Source of the DNA: Ramazzottius varieornatus
Taxonomy: Eukaryota > Animalia > Tardigrada
Assembly: GCA_001949185.1 (NCBI GenBank)
Contig: BDGG01000002.1
Span: 8,476,133-8,540,132, forward strand
Direction of reading: 5' to 3'
DNA: 64,000 nucleotides
The notes below the pieces were generated by a model, which was given only the letters and a program-made list of their open reading frames with translations, did no database searches and was not told where the DNA came from. The translations under genes were made by a program, and so were the position numbers. Positions within the stretch are counted from its first letter, which is position 1; each line of letters begins with the position of its first letter. Below are positions 13,849 to 25,814 of this stretch, in pieces.

Positions 13849-14118
13849 CAGCGATGGACAGATGCCTAATATAAAAAATACCGCAGTTGTCTCGTACTAC
13901 CTGCCATGAGTAGCTAAAACGGGCAATTTGGTCATCGACGAGTATATCTTGTCTGTACTAATCAGGAGGCCTGGTGCTCGAACGACATTCGAGACGGTTT
14001 TTCAAGACTAAAAAATATGATTAATCGATTGCCGTGTTTCCGTCGGGCTGTAGCTTGATGTTGAGAAGCCGTTGCGTGTTTTTGGTATTTCACTGGGTAA
14101 ATCACCCGTCCATCGCTG
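13849..14118. mobile_element. hAT-type MITE (270 bp)
   Basis: TIR cagcgatggac / gtccatcgctg; 8-bp TSD atacggac / atacagac (7 of 8 match). Confidence 0.8.
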
Positions 14119-14505
14119 ATACAGACCATTCACTACCGGCTCAGGCCCGGCAAAACACGCCCCCACCCCTGCGCACGAGATGTGGCCGGCTATAACTGGC
14201 TGTCATAACATGTCAGGTAAACAACGTTACTTTGCATGGGAATCAAAATAAAAAAGAGATTCCGTGGGTCATAATTCACTTTGAATGGCATTCAATTGCT
14301 GCACGTACAAAGTGGTTTGCCCGAAGCGGACATCATCATCATCGCTTTCCGAATGACGGAAGGTATGGGCCGAGATGCATGAAGTGTCAAGGCCGTTGGC
14401 TCTTCCACGCTCTTCACATCAGACAACTCGTCAAATAATTCTAGTATCAGACGTCGCACAGCAGAAGCGTTGTGTACGCAACTGTGCTCTTACTTTGGCC
14501 TTAAA

Positions 14506-15817
14506 ATGTGGGCTTCCGCAAGTTCCATCCCTTTTCTGCTTACCCTGTTGCGTCTTGGATCGGCCCAGATGGGTGGAGGAATGGGAGGAATGGGTGGAAT
14601 GGGTGGAATGGGTGGAATGGGTGGAATGGGTGGCGGGATGGGCGGTTTCGGTGGCGGCATGGGTGGAATGGGTGGCGGGATGGGTGGCTTCGGAGGAGGA
14701 TTAGGTGGTATGGGAGGCTACGGTGGTGGTAACCTACCTGGCGGATACGGTAGCGGTGGATATGGTGGAGGAGCAGCTTCGGCCGGTGGACCTTACGCTG
14801 GAGCTGGAGACCCCTCCGGAGGAGGGTATGGCGGCGGCGAAACGGGAGGTTATGGAGGTGGTGCAGGAGGCGATGGAGGAGCGTCGATACCCAACTACGG
14901 ATATGGTGGATATCCGGGTCGTGGAGGATTCAGCGGTTACTGGGAACCCGGTGTCAAACCTGTACCGTTGGCTCTTCAAGGCTGGGGTCTCTGTAAGTAA
15001 TGCTGAAACCTTCCAGTCCCGACGTGGTAGAACTGTTCGTCACAAAATATTCCTGTTGGATGAGACTTTTGTGATATATATCTTTGAAAATGCAGGATTT
15101 TAGAGGATTTTTTAACTGGTTTTTTCAGTTATTCCTCGACCACCGATTGAGATTACCACGCCGACGACGACCCGTGCAACAACTCCGGCGCCGGCAGCCA
15201 ACACCACGCGAGCGGCTACCACGGTTGCTCCGACCACCGTTACTACTCCTCGCGTAACAACCGGAGCGACGGGCATCGGGAACTCTACTGGAGGGACTGG
15301 AGGAACCGGTGGTACCGGGTCAGGTGGCACTGGTTCAGGTGGAACGGGTGGTGGAGGAACAGGTGGCAGTGGAGGTGCAGGTAACGGAGGAAGCGGTGGC
15401 ACTGGCAGCGGAGGCACGGGCGGGTCCGGAAGTTCATCGGGTACGGGAGGTTCGAGCGGAGCAAGCGGAGGTGGTGGCGCCGGCGGTGGCGGTGGCGGCG
15501 GTGGTGGCGCTGGCCTTCGTCGCTTGCCCGAGCTCTTCACCGTCAACGGCAAACGTGTCATGGTAGTTTCAGTGGATGACAACGATGCTGCCATGGGTGG
15601 TGGAATGGACAAGGTGGCAGAGATATCCCCTGACCTGGAAGGGGACATGTCAAAAGCCAACACCGAGCCCGCTAGGCCCTGCATCCCGTCGGATACTCCG
15701 ACCGCCACCGGTATGTGTGTCATGGAGAATTTGGTGGCTCAAGCTTGTTCCAACATGATTGTAGCCACTTCGAGAAACTGTGCCGGAAACCAGTTTTGTT
15801 GTTTCGCTGACCGCTAG
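14506..15817 (+). CDS. secreted Gly/Met-rich protein with a Thr-rich segment and a C-terminal six-Cys module (2 exons)
   Basis: Signal peptide MWASASSIPFLLTLLRLGSAQ. Exon 1 is 14506-14992; the intron runs gtaagt...ttcag; exon 2 (15129-15817) joins in phase. Order: (GGM)n, GGY repeats, TTPTTT segment, GGTG/GSGG repeats, then C-x11-C-x9-C-x10-C-x5-CC. Confidence 0.85.
14571..14712 (+). repeat. coding tandem repeat (ggtggaatg)n encoding Gly-Gly-Met
   Basis: 9-bp unit read directly. Confidence 0.9.
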
Positions 15818-16103
15818 ATTTCCAACATCTCAGACCCAGCTACTTAAGTTTTCTATTTTCTGTTTTGAAGTCAAAGGCGCAGAATTACTGTACAGCATAA
15901 AAAGCAAGAGAAGTATGCATGAATGCGAAAATTTGTCAAGTGGAATCTACGGAGGTACCACTCAAGTTCATTGTCGGCAGAGCCGTAAAAAGCGGAAATT
16001 CTAACACGGTTCGTCGGATTATGAAATGACGGCAGATTAGAGATGTCTAGATGGATGCATTGACAAAAAAGAAAAAATTGCCCGGAAAATCAATCTCTTC
16101 TTT

Positions 16104-16996
16104 CTATTGTTCGCGCAGTCTTGCGAGACGTTCAGTCAACTCATCCTGCTCTTTGGAGGCTTGTGTCGAGGCCCCGACGGCGTTTCCCACGCCGACCGAC
16201 CCAGCTTGCGGTAGCTCCATGTTGAGCTCGAGGCCGGCCTCATCGGCCACCTTCAGCATCAGCTGGTCCACGTCGGCCGTAGGTACCGTTAGAGTGCTGG
16301 TGTTGCTCATCGTACCCTCCATCACTTGCGACTGGACATCCAGGTCCTCAAACTGCTGCTCGAACTTGTCCATCAAGGATGATATTTGCTCCAGGTTCAT
16401 GGAACGCATGGCGGCGTCCATTGCCTTGACTACGCCTACAACGTAAATCAAACCAATAGGAAACTCAGCTGTCTCTGTCGACCAATCAGGAACTATAAGA
16501 CCGCCCGACTGGCACATCCTTCATCGCAACAAGACTGTGCAACAAGACTGTGTATCAAGGCTGTGCCAGCCACGTTTTCATTCAGTCACGCATGATCTCA
16601 TCAGTCAGCTTGCTATTTGAAACGCAGCATACCATAGCATTATCGCAACCTATGACATCACAGACCTATTTTTCAATGTTCACGGTTGACGTTTCTGACT
16701 GCACACTCACCTCCCATGCTCTGCGTCACTTTCTTGGTAGCCACGGCGGACTGAACTCTGGAAGAAACAGCGTCAATTCTGGCGCTCATGCGGAGGAAGT
16801 TTAAGGACTGGTTCTTTTGACGGATAGCATTTTCTGCGTGGATGCGAGCCACCTCCAAGTTGTTCTTCTGTATGGCCTTCTTCAGCTTGTCCTTCTCGAC
16901 TTTCTCCTCCTTGTCGCACTTCTTCGCGTATCTGTCCATCTCTTTCGCGGCGAACTTCAGGTTAAAAAGGTGCTTTTCCATCATGGCTGTCGACAT
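16104..16996 (-). CDS. CHMP1B: charged multivesicular body protein 1 (ESCRT-III, CHMP1B-like), 2 exons
   Basis: Exons 16996-16711 and 16435-16104 splice in phase. MEKHLFNLKFAAKE...ARIHAENAIRQKNQ...MDKFEQQFEDLDVQ...DEAGLELNMELP...DELTERLARLR matches CHMP1, including the C-terminal MIM1 motif. Confidence 0.96.
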
Positions 16997-18759
16997 TTTT
17001 GAGGCTGGAACGAATGTGGGTGGATAGATCAGGGAAAAGCTGGCGGTAAGATCAGCTGTTCAGTCCGATTTCGCACCTGTAACATAGTACATCATCATGT
17101 CAAACAGCCACAAGTTTCAACATGTTCATCTCAGATCTGTATTTCCTGCGAGACCCACAACAATGAAGGGATCCACATCACTTTCTATCCACAGATGACA
17201 GAGCCCAGTGACTCCAGTCTACCAAAACTGATCGTTTTTTTTCTACTTACCACTGGTCCTTGCTGCCGTAACCTGGCTGTGGAAGGTACTTTGAAGATCC
17301 AAGTTTAAGTATTGGACATAAGTCAGAAGGCATAGGAATAGGCCAGCACGGAAAATCGGGGTCGGAGACGGAGAGCAGTTCCTGCGAAGATGTCCCTTGT
17401 TGTCGATTTCGAATGGAAGTGGTGAGTCATACGAAAAGCTTTCTGACTTAACTAAGCAAAGTGAGTCACCTTCCGTTATGACGTAAGCGACAAACCACGC
17501 CCCACGTCTGTTGATTGCATGATCGGCAGTTGAAGCCTTGAACGTGAAGGAACGAGTAGTGTTGTCGTAGTTAGTGAGGTTGGAATATATGAATATTATA
17601 TTAAACTAGAACTTATTAGATGCTTTTTGCATGTAATGTATCAAATTAACATTTTTTTGATGCCTTGGCCGAGGTGGAATATATATTAGTGTCAAATTGG
17701 ATGAAAGCCAGAGCTAGAATTATCATATTAAATAAAATCAAGCCGCAGGGCGCTCCGTGTTAAAATTATTACAATGCGGATTTTGGCTTCAAAATTGATG
17801 TTGATCAAAGTAATGCTTGATTTGCGACCGCAACAAGCGTGAAACTGTGCGCAGTGTGCTGTATGCCAGTAAATCTCACGAATCAAGCACTTGCACGTGT
17901 GCTACACTCACGAACGTTCGAATTTGGTGACTTGATTGAAGCAGCCTATTTGATTAGGGAATGCAGGACTGCGATTTCGGGGACTCACTTGCACACCCGC
18001 CATTCACGCTGCGACAAACGCATTGCAGCGCGATCCTGCAATGCGTTTATGATGACTGTCATCTCAAGTATGCCAGCACGGCTTGAATGAGGGACTTCTC
18101 CGAGCACCAGGCAGGAGAGACAAAAGTGCTGTTATTTTTGGACGGTTCCTTGGTAGTACTTTTAACTGCTAATTCATGAACTTTTTATTGCTGAATATGG
18201 ATAAAACTGCTTTGCTGGTGAAATTGTCAAGGCAGAAAGTTGTCTTTTCCCGTTGACATGTGGATCTAAGCATAACTGAATATTATAATATATTATAATA
18301 AGATCCCAGCGACGCAAGTTAATATATTAACATTATATTAGATGGACATCACATGGACAAGTCCGCTAGTTTTACCTCCTAGTCGTTTTCTACAACGACT
18401 AGCAGAGTCACGTTTTTTAGCCGACTAAAACCGCGACTATCCGTTTTGCAAGTCTAAATACGACATAGTAATGTTCTAATATGAGTTAATGAGATCTAAT
18501 ATAATAAAATAAATATCCGCTGTCCATTAAAGTTCTAATAAGTGATCACTACTATAGTAAAACGTCTGCCTGATTCAATAGTGAGCATTCGTCCGGCGCT
18601 TACGATCACGATTTCGATGGAATCGCAATAGAAATCGCACCGTCTTCGCATCGAAAACTGCTCCGTGTATTCGGTCGAAGCAAAATGACGTCAGGACGAT
18701 CAATGTTCACTTCATTCCCGATTTCTTTCCTACCATTTTCATTTGTATTCTTTTTCAAG

Positions 18760-21700
18760 ATGGAGCTTCGCAATTTCTGTGCTCTACTTTTCGATAAACA
18801 TCTCACACAAGCAGTTTATCGTCCTGCGACGGCGTATACGCAAAAGCAAAGCCTCGGAGGAAGACGCTTGGAAGGAAGAAGCCTTCGACTTGGATCGCTA
18901 CAGCAAGAAAGAATGTCGATTCTACTTCTGGTTCAAACGGGAACATCTGGACCAGCTGCTAAATGTATTACGATTTCCCAAAGTCGTGAAAACATCTAGT
19001 GAAGACTCAGCTTTAGGAATCGAAGCCTTGTGTATTGTTCTGCGAAGACTGACTTATCCAAACCGATGGATGTAGCTACAGAAGATGTTTGGTCGTTCCC
19101 ACGGTTGTCTTACTCGGCTGTTCTACACCACTCTACGGATCATCGACAAGTCTTCTTCTGTGTTACGAACGTGGGACCATGAATGGCTGAAGGAAGACGA
19201 CTTCGTACAGTTTGCTTTTTCCATTGCAAAGAAAGGTGGGCCAGGAGTAGTGCCAGGCCTGTTTGCCGGCCAAAAGTCTTCCAGCGACATATGTTGAGCG
19301 GGCACAAACGAATTCACTGCACAAAATGGCAGTCAGTTGTGATTCCCAATGGTAAGCGTATACGCATTTATTCACATCAGATAAAACTCGACCGAAAGTG
19401 GTGTTCACTTTCTTTGTTTGCAGGATTGATCGTGAATTTGTACGGTGGTCAAAGGGGCTCCATGCATGACAGTCGTCTACGGAACGAAAGCAGTATCCCG
19501 GATGATCTACAGGAAATGCAAAATGGATTCATACGAAGGTATGTCTTGTATGGTGACAGCGGATACGCGAAGAAGAATGGAGTCATGCACAAGCCGTTTT
19601 TCCGAGTCGAAACTAGGGACTCAAGCGCCAAGAAAGAACAGAACACGCTGATATCGACGCTTCGACAGGCTGTCGAATGGAACTTCAAAGAAGTTGTCAA
19701 CAATTTTGCTCTTGTCGACTTTCGAAAACAAATGAAGATGTACGAGAAGCCAGTAAATACCCTCTACCGTGTTGCTGTTCTACTTATTAACTGCCATGAC
19801 TGCTTGTACCCAAACCAAACAGGTAGATATTTTTATTTAGAGCCTCCGACGTTGTTGGAGTACTTTAAAGTGCCGATCATCTCGTGGACGTTTCGAACCC
19901 GGGTGGTACATTTATGCGTGGCAAAAAATACAGAAATTCAAGTACAGCTGTAACTCAATAAGATAGGCCATGTATGCTGCGTCATATCTTCGGAATTAAC
20001 TTGCACCGCATCGGTTTCAATATCAGACTCCAAAAGAGAGCTTTCGTTGTAAAAACTTACGTCCTAATCGCTATCCAGCTCTTCAACAACCTCTCCTACG
20101 GAAAAATTGCTCTGGTTAGGCAGAGATTCTTCACGTCGTAAAACTTCAGAAACGTAAAAAGATTTTCGCACGGTATCTTCGGAAACTTTATCCCACGACT
20201 CAGAGATGAACTGTACGAAATCTTTTTTTCCTGACTTTCGCAGATTTTCACTTTTGGTGAAGCCGATGTTGTTCTTCCGCCAGGAGCGATACGAAGTTTT
20301 GAAGTAGTCTTCAGAACATTTGTTGACGCGCACGTCTAACGGCTGCCACTTCCCAGTCATTCCACCAGGTATGATGATCTGTTGTGTATTACGATCATCG
20401 AGCATACCGTATGCTCCCGAAATTTACGTACGTCACTGACTCTCAAATCATTGGGGTCTTACCGTCTAGTACGTGAATTCCGAGAAAGTATCTCTGCGGA
20501 CATTTATGAACTGAATGGCTGTCTCTCACTAACACCGGGAACTCTCGGTTCATGGGAAAATTTTTTCAATATATTCTGTGTCATGATCCTCATTCCACCA
20601 AGCACTCAACGCACTCTTGATAATGACATTCGAAGGAGCTTTCAACTTCGCCGCAAAATTCTGACAACTTGCCACTCTTAGCCGCAGTTCTGAAGACAAT
20701 TTCCGCCGGGAATTTTCTGCCGTCAGCACCGATCGTCAAACTGATCGTGGACCCTCCTTTTTCGTCTGGAGGATGCTTGACAGACGCCTACGATTCCACC
20801 ATCAAAAACTTCCACCAAAAATTCGAAATTAGTTAAAACTCCACTAAACTTCAAACATGATCTTATATCATTCACTCCCTTGGGCGATACAGTTTTCTTC
20901 CCCGGCGATACTAGTCGAATCATTGTCTGATCCTTGTTGAGCATACGATTTTTGGGAGTCTGGAGCGCAGATGTGTTCCTCGATCAACAGGAAGAAATTC
21001 TCGTAATTTATCTGAAAACAGCATGGTTTCAATTACCACGGAACACACGTCTCTACAGGACAAACATACACATAAACAAACATAGAAACAAGGGTTTTCC
21101 TGCTTACGATATCGTCTGCTGTGAAAGACATCTTGCGTCCGATTTTTGTGATTCTCCGGTGCACAAGACAGAAACGCTTGCGGATATGGATTAGAAGCTG
21201 CAGAGCCTGTATCTTCAACAGGATCTCGGTTAACTATTTCCAATGCTTTTTCCTAAATATCGCAGTTCAGGACACAACTGCTCGTCGCGTTGTGACAAGA
21301 CGTAAAGGCAAACCTTCTTATCCATATCAGGGAAACGTTCTTGTCGCTTCCTCTTCATCGCCGGTGGACCGGCAGGCCTATTCTCACGTTTCAGATTTAA
21401 GGTTTATTCGATGCAGTAGAGGAGCAAAGTTTACAAATTGATGAGGTGAGGATCATACTTACTTCTTGAGCAAACTGTGTAACGTGGTCTCTGGAATATT
21501 TTTCAGGAATGCAAATTGACGAATAAATATTCCCTTGAGACTTTTCTCTATGTAATACTCATCGACTAGCCGTCGTTTCTCGTCCGCACAATAGGTTCTG
21601 CGGTCCTCCCATTCTCGTAATAAGTATGGAGTATCCCACGTACAGTTAGAGGTGATTACTATATACTAATCAGAAGTCGGTGACAGAAGAGGAGAGCTTT

Positions 21701-21901
21701 GAGAAATTGCACGGTACATGCATTACCGTACATCAGCTGTACAGTGACCAGCTACACCCGGTACACGTGAATGCTAACCGGGTCCAAAACGTCCGCGAGA
21801 TGATCGGCACTTTAAAGTACTTGTCGAGCTTACCGCGAGGAAGTCTGTTACTGGCAGTTCAAATCACGTATTCGACAGTTATGTTTGCATTGAGAAAGTG
21901 A
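18760..21901 (+). pseudogene. HARBI1-like DDE_Tnp_4 transposase, disrupted; C-terminus split by the pogo insertion
   Basis: Motifs RRLTYPNRW..MFGRS, SGHKRIH..KWQSVVIPNG-LI..L.G..RGSMHD, YGDSGY, RQAVEWNF, PNQTGRYF..EPPTLLEY. Intron 19352-19423; stop at 19073-19075; frameshifts; the first-Asp (IDGT) segment is missing. The reading resumes as (Y)LSSLPRG...RK* at 21820-21901. Confidence 0.88.
19863..21817 (-). mobile_element. pogo/Tigger-family element with a decayed, intron-containing transposase (inner layer)
   Basis: ~40-bp TIR ctttaaagtgccgatcatctcg(t/c)ggacgttt; TA TSD at 19861-19862 and 21818-19. Minus-strand pieces: HTH RRTYCADEKRRL...IRQFAFLKNIPETTLHSLLK, CENP-B-like RFPDMDKKV...RKRFCLVHRRIT, and DDE_1 LNKDQT...IIPGGMTGKWQPLDVRVNK...SWDKVSEDTVRKSF. 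Confidence 0.92.
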
Positions 21902-21953
21902 ACTTTACCAGCGGAGAGCACTGGACGATCAGCACCACAGCGTAGTCGCGTAA

Positions 21954-23005
21954 TCAAGAACAATCAGAACTCGAGCGGAGAGTACAACTTCTTAGATCCC
22001 AACTCGATACAAACCTTTCGATCTCAAGCTCTTTTTCGCACAGTTCTAGCTTTTTGGCTTCTAGGTCATACACTCTCTTTGACTCGGCTTCCTTGAAGGC
22101 ACGTTTGCGCTCAGCAGTCTCCTCGAACAGCTTGATGAACTTATCATCGGACACTTCCATCTCCAACGGCTTACTAGGACGCGACGTTCGGGGTTACTTC
22201 GGTTTGTTTTCACCGTCCTCGGCCTTTTGTCAGCTTCAGCTCGCTTATTCTCCCGGTAATCCTTCGTTTCCTAATCTTGCTCATCGCCTCCCATCTCGCG
22301 AAGAAATTCTTCCTTTTCTGCTACATCTGTCCAAAAAAAACCAAAATAGAAGCGTATACGCAGTGATTCGCAGATGGATCGTCGCAGCAGACTTGAAAAA
22401 TTTGCACATGACGTCATCTTCCGCCCATCATTGCCAGAGTAACACTTGCATATATTATGACGTCATGTGCAGCTAGTGAAGCTTACCAGCCAGATTATCA
22501 GCTGCTATGTTGCGTCTCCCCGAACGGCCTTTCTCCCGCTCCACCATTACAGCTTCACCTGCGTAGTCGCGTTCCTTACGTTTGAAAGCTTCGGCTTGCG
22601 TTTTGGCACCTTTCTGCTTCTTGGAGTTATCTATGGCAGCGACGACGCGAGTTAGCAATTCGGCGATGCGACCATACTGCTCTTCTGTTCCGGACTTCAT
22701 CTTATTCTTCAGATCATCACCACGGAAGGCTGTTACTAGGGTGTTCACTCGGTTGATAACGGCTCTGCTGCCTGGCGGCTTCTTGAAGATCTAGAACGAG
22801 AAACGCGTGTACGCTGTAGGCTGGGTATACAACGTGTTGCGCGAGGAGGGCTTACCTTCGGCTGGTTCAACGTTCGTGTAATTTCCTCCCAGTCTGCCGA
22901 AGGCCTGCTGGCAAAGTACAGATTCTTGGAGTCCACAAGGTCTAGGAGATCCAGATCATGGATAGCCTTGAAGAAGTTCTTAGGGTAGGGTGATTCCTTT
23001 GCCAT
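21954..23005 (-). CDS. Myb/SANT (trihelix)-like DNA-binding partner gene of the Harbinger element, multi-exon, probably decayed
   Basis: Exons 23005-22856 and 22790-~22487 give ...ADWEEITRTLNQPK-IFKKPPGSRAVINRVNTLVTAFRGDDLKNKMKSGTEEQYGRIAELL, followed by a charged coiled-coil C-terminus (ORF 21954-22166). It lies inside the PHIS TIRs. Confidence 0.72.
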
Positions 23006-24347
23006 TTTGGTTGAGGATCATAAGCGCTAGGATAAATTCTCGAAGACTAGAAGAAACTGGATGCAAAAGAAAACAAATGCGTATACGCCGTTCAGACTTT
23101 CTCTACAGTGCGGAGGCCGCAGAAGACAACCTTACGTAGCGAGACACGCTCGCGGAACGAGTGACTGGTGATTCCAACAGGAACTCACCCTGTTAACTAA
23201 AGAGGAATGTTTTCTCTTTAAAATGATACCAAGATGAGCCATGATGCGGTCGTAGGAGTGGATCCATAGCCATCCAAAGTTCATGACGATACTTTGGCAA
23301 AGTATCGTCAAACGATAGCTTGACGGTTACGCAGAAGGCACTCTCCATCCATTTTTGATGACGTGGAGGAGCCATCGTCGTTGTATCGTAACCGTCAGCG
23401 TCGGACGAACAGTCACTAATAAAATATTACTGCAGTAGAACTTTCGGGGGTTTGTTATTAAAATATATTTTAATATCGGAGAGCTCGACTGAAGATCTGA
23501 AGATTCACAATCACAACCATCATATCAGCAAAAATACTGTAGTATAGCTTGCACCCTGCACCTGCACACTGTAACATGGCCGGTTGAAGTGTCAGACTGT
23601 GTGCAGGTGCACGATGTTCAAGGGTATTTATTTTGCAGTAGCCTTACTGTGCTGCTGTAGAGGCATCATCATGGTGTGGCGCGCTTTACAAGGCGTGGTC
23701 GCACATCGAGAAACCAACGCACACGCATCAGAACTCAGCAAGTCAACCAGTTTTTCGAATCAGCGGTAGCGTTACCCGTATTAAAATATTTTTTACTGTA
23801 GGCGATGGACAACTTAATAATAGAATATCGCACTTCCGGTTTCAAGCTACTAAAATATTAATATTGAAATGCGGTGCCCAATTCTGTTTACTAAATTGTA
23901 AAAAATATAGTAAATGCTCAAACCATCTACTAACATCACTACTACGACAACACTAGGAACGAGATGAATTATGCGAGAGCTCCGCAGAAAAGGCTGGCAT
24001 TCAAGCGAAGCTTAGAATTAATCATAGACCGTTTGAGTCATCGTTGAAAGCATCCTAAGCCCTTAAGCCGGGAAAACTAAGGCAGGCGTGAGTCTATGGC
24101 GGAACGATCAAAGGATCGGGCTGCGGGTTAATTCATTTGTGGTGTGACACAACTGGGTTGAGTTCGTACGTGATTGTGGTACGTTGTTCGTGCTGAGATA
24201 TTCGGCGTCCATATCCACTGTTATTTATGCGCTTTAGGTTTGAGTGGAGTTGTTGGAGCTTGGGTTTCATGACAACCAGTATCTGTTGTTGAATTTCATT
24301 CAGGTTGAGCTTTAGTTTTCGGGTGAGTAGCTGGGTGTTTAGGTGTA

Positions 24348-25077
24348 TTGTGGTCCGAAGGGATATCAGTGAGATGTCTGGTACAAGCTCGTTGTGTGTG
24401 GGTACGGTTACAGGTGGTTCTTGTCCTGTTTCCTGATGATTCAGGAGGCAGGGAGGACTGGTTGGGTGCGTTGAATACTGCGGTAAAGTTTTCTGGTCAG
24501 CAGTACGTTTGTTCGGATCATTTCGATCCATTGTGGATCAGTGGTAGAAAACAGGGAAAATTGACTTATGGAGCGGTTCCGTTGGAGTGCGATGGATTGT
24601 TTCAGTTGAAAGGTGGAGACAGCAAGAAAATTGAGCCCTTAAAGAGTGGAGACAGCGAGATATAGAAGGCTCGGCGTAACTAAAATAGGCCACTCTAGCC
24701 GTTCTCAGCCGTGGCTGAAAATATTTTAGCCGCGGCCAAAGCAGCTAAAATACTTATAGCTAAAATGTATTGTGTGATCGATGGATTGATCGATGTTGAG
24801 TCGGCTAAAATAGTTTTGGCATCAATAAATCATTCGAACGCACAATGCATTCTAGCCGTGGCTAAAATATTTTTAGCCACGGCAAAGAACGGCTAAAATG
24901 GCTTATCTTAGCTTCGCCGAGCCTTCTGTACAGCGAGACGGTTGAGTCTTCGAAGGGTCGAGAAAGCGATGGGACGATTTTGGTAGAAAAGGGAGAAACT
25001 AGCGATTTTGCGATGACAGATGGCGTTGAACTTCCTGTAAGGAACGGTGACACTCCGTCGGCCGAGGTAACTGCTGG
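24348..25077 (+). pseudogene. THAP zinc-finger gene interrupted by a MITE
   Basis: C..C...FPDD..GREDWLGAL...YVCSDHF...LTYGAVP is the THAP signature. Removing 24661-24938 fuses ORF 24348 in frame with ORF 24980, up to a g|gtaag donor near 25077. Confidence 0.78.
24661..24930. mobile_element. MITE (270 bp) with ~80-bp TIRs and an 8-bp TSD
   Basis: ta(t/c)agaaggctcggcg...gccgtggct...aaatattttagcc at both ends in inverted orientation. TSD CAGCGAGA at 24653-24660 and 24931-24938. Confidence 0.9.
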
Positions 25078-25814
25078 TAAGAATGAAAATCTCAGACCGG
25101 GTGTGCGTTTCTTTGTCGTTCGTACCGTTGTACGGTCGACAGGAATGGCATGTCGAATCAAGTGTTCCTATGTCGAAGCATGGTAAAATTTTAAAAAGTT
25201 AGGATCATCTGACAGAATGCCGAAAACTTCACCCTACGAAGTCACAAAATAACTTACCGGTCAGTGTTAAATTCTCACCGTGGAAGAGGCCGGGTCCAGA
25301 GACAAGATCCGTTTGAAATTTCCTCGGATAGCAGAACGGTGTTACCGAACACCAGCAGGCGCAGCATAAACGAGAGACAATCGGCAGGTTGCCTCCAACG
25401 TTGAAGTATAAACCCTGGAGCCTTTGGACAGTGTAGACGGTGAGCACATATTTGCTATTCCTGCTTCATCCTCCAGACGATACTGTAAACGAGTTACGTG
25501 CAGCAAACCTCAAATACAGCAATCAGCATTTAATAATTCAGCTTCACCTCGAAACCCAGCGGAGAACTTCTTAAGTGTCGCGCTCTTGCAACCAGCGACA
25601 AAGAATAGATATTGCGCTCCCGCGGAACAATAACTAGAAAGCTTAGAAAATCAATAACTAATCGTTCTAAAGGTTAAGCGATGCCCAGTAGGAGCTTATC
25701 CGGTAGTAACTCGCCTGACCGACCGCAAATTTTCTCTGATTTGTATGTCAACACGCAATGGGAACCATGTCGGAATGATCTAATTCCTTCTCCAATTGCT
25801 TTTGAATTCATTCT

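Larger units (their letters stand above)
18580..23417. mobile_element. PIF/Harbinger-superfamily (PHIS) two-gene DNA transposon (middle layer)
   Basis: ~32-bp imperfect TIR (agtgagcattcgtccggcgcttacgatcacgat vs agtgactgttcgtccgacgctgacggttacgat). 3-bp TSD AAT at 18577-18579 and 23418-23420. Convergent transposase and Myb/SANT-like genes. Confidence 0.85.
17557..23955. mobile_element. non-autonomous hAT-like element (outer layer of the nest; about 1.56 kb without its inserts)
   Basis: TIR tagtgttgtcgtag(t)tagtga at 17557 and tcactactacgacaacacta ending at 23955. Perfect 8-bp TSD GGAACGAG at 17549-17556 and 23956-23963. Confidence 0.9.

Noticed and set aside
15112-15723. 203-aa proline-rich minus-strand ORF
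   Set aside because: Antisense shadow of the Gly-rich exon.
23557-23611. 13-bp perfect hairpin (tgcacctgcacac / gtgtgcaggtgca) as an ncRNA or terminator
   Set aside because: It lies within the outer transposon arm and has no other support.
17557-23955. A single novel three-gene transposon superfamily with an 8-bp TSD
   Set aside because: Internal TIR/TSD pairs and the split transposase C-terminus show sequential nested insertions.
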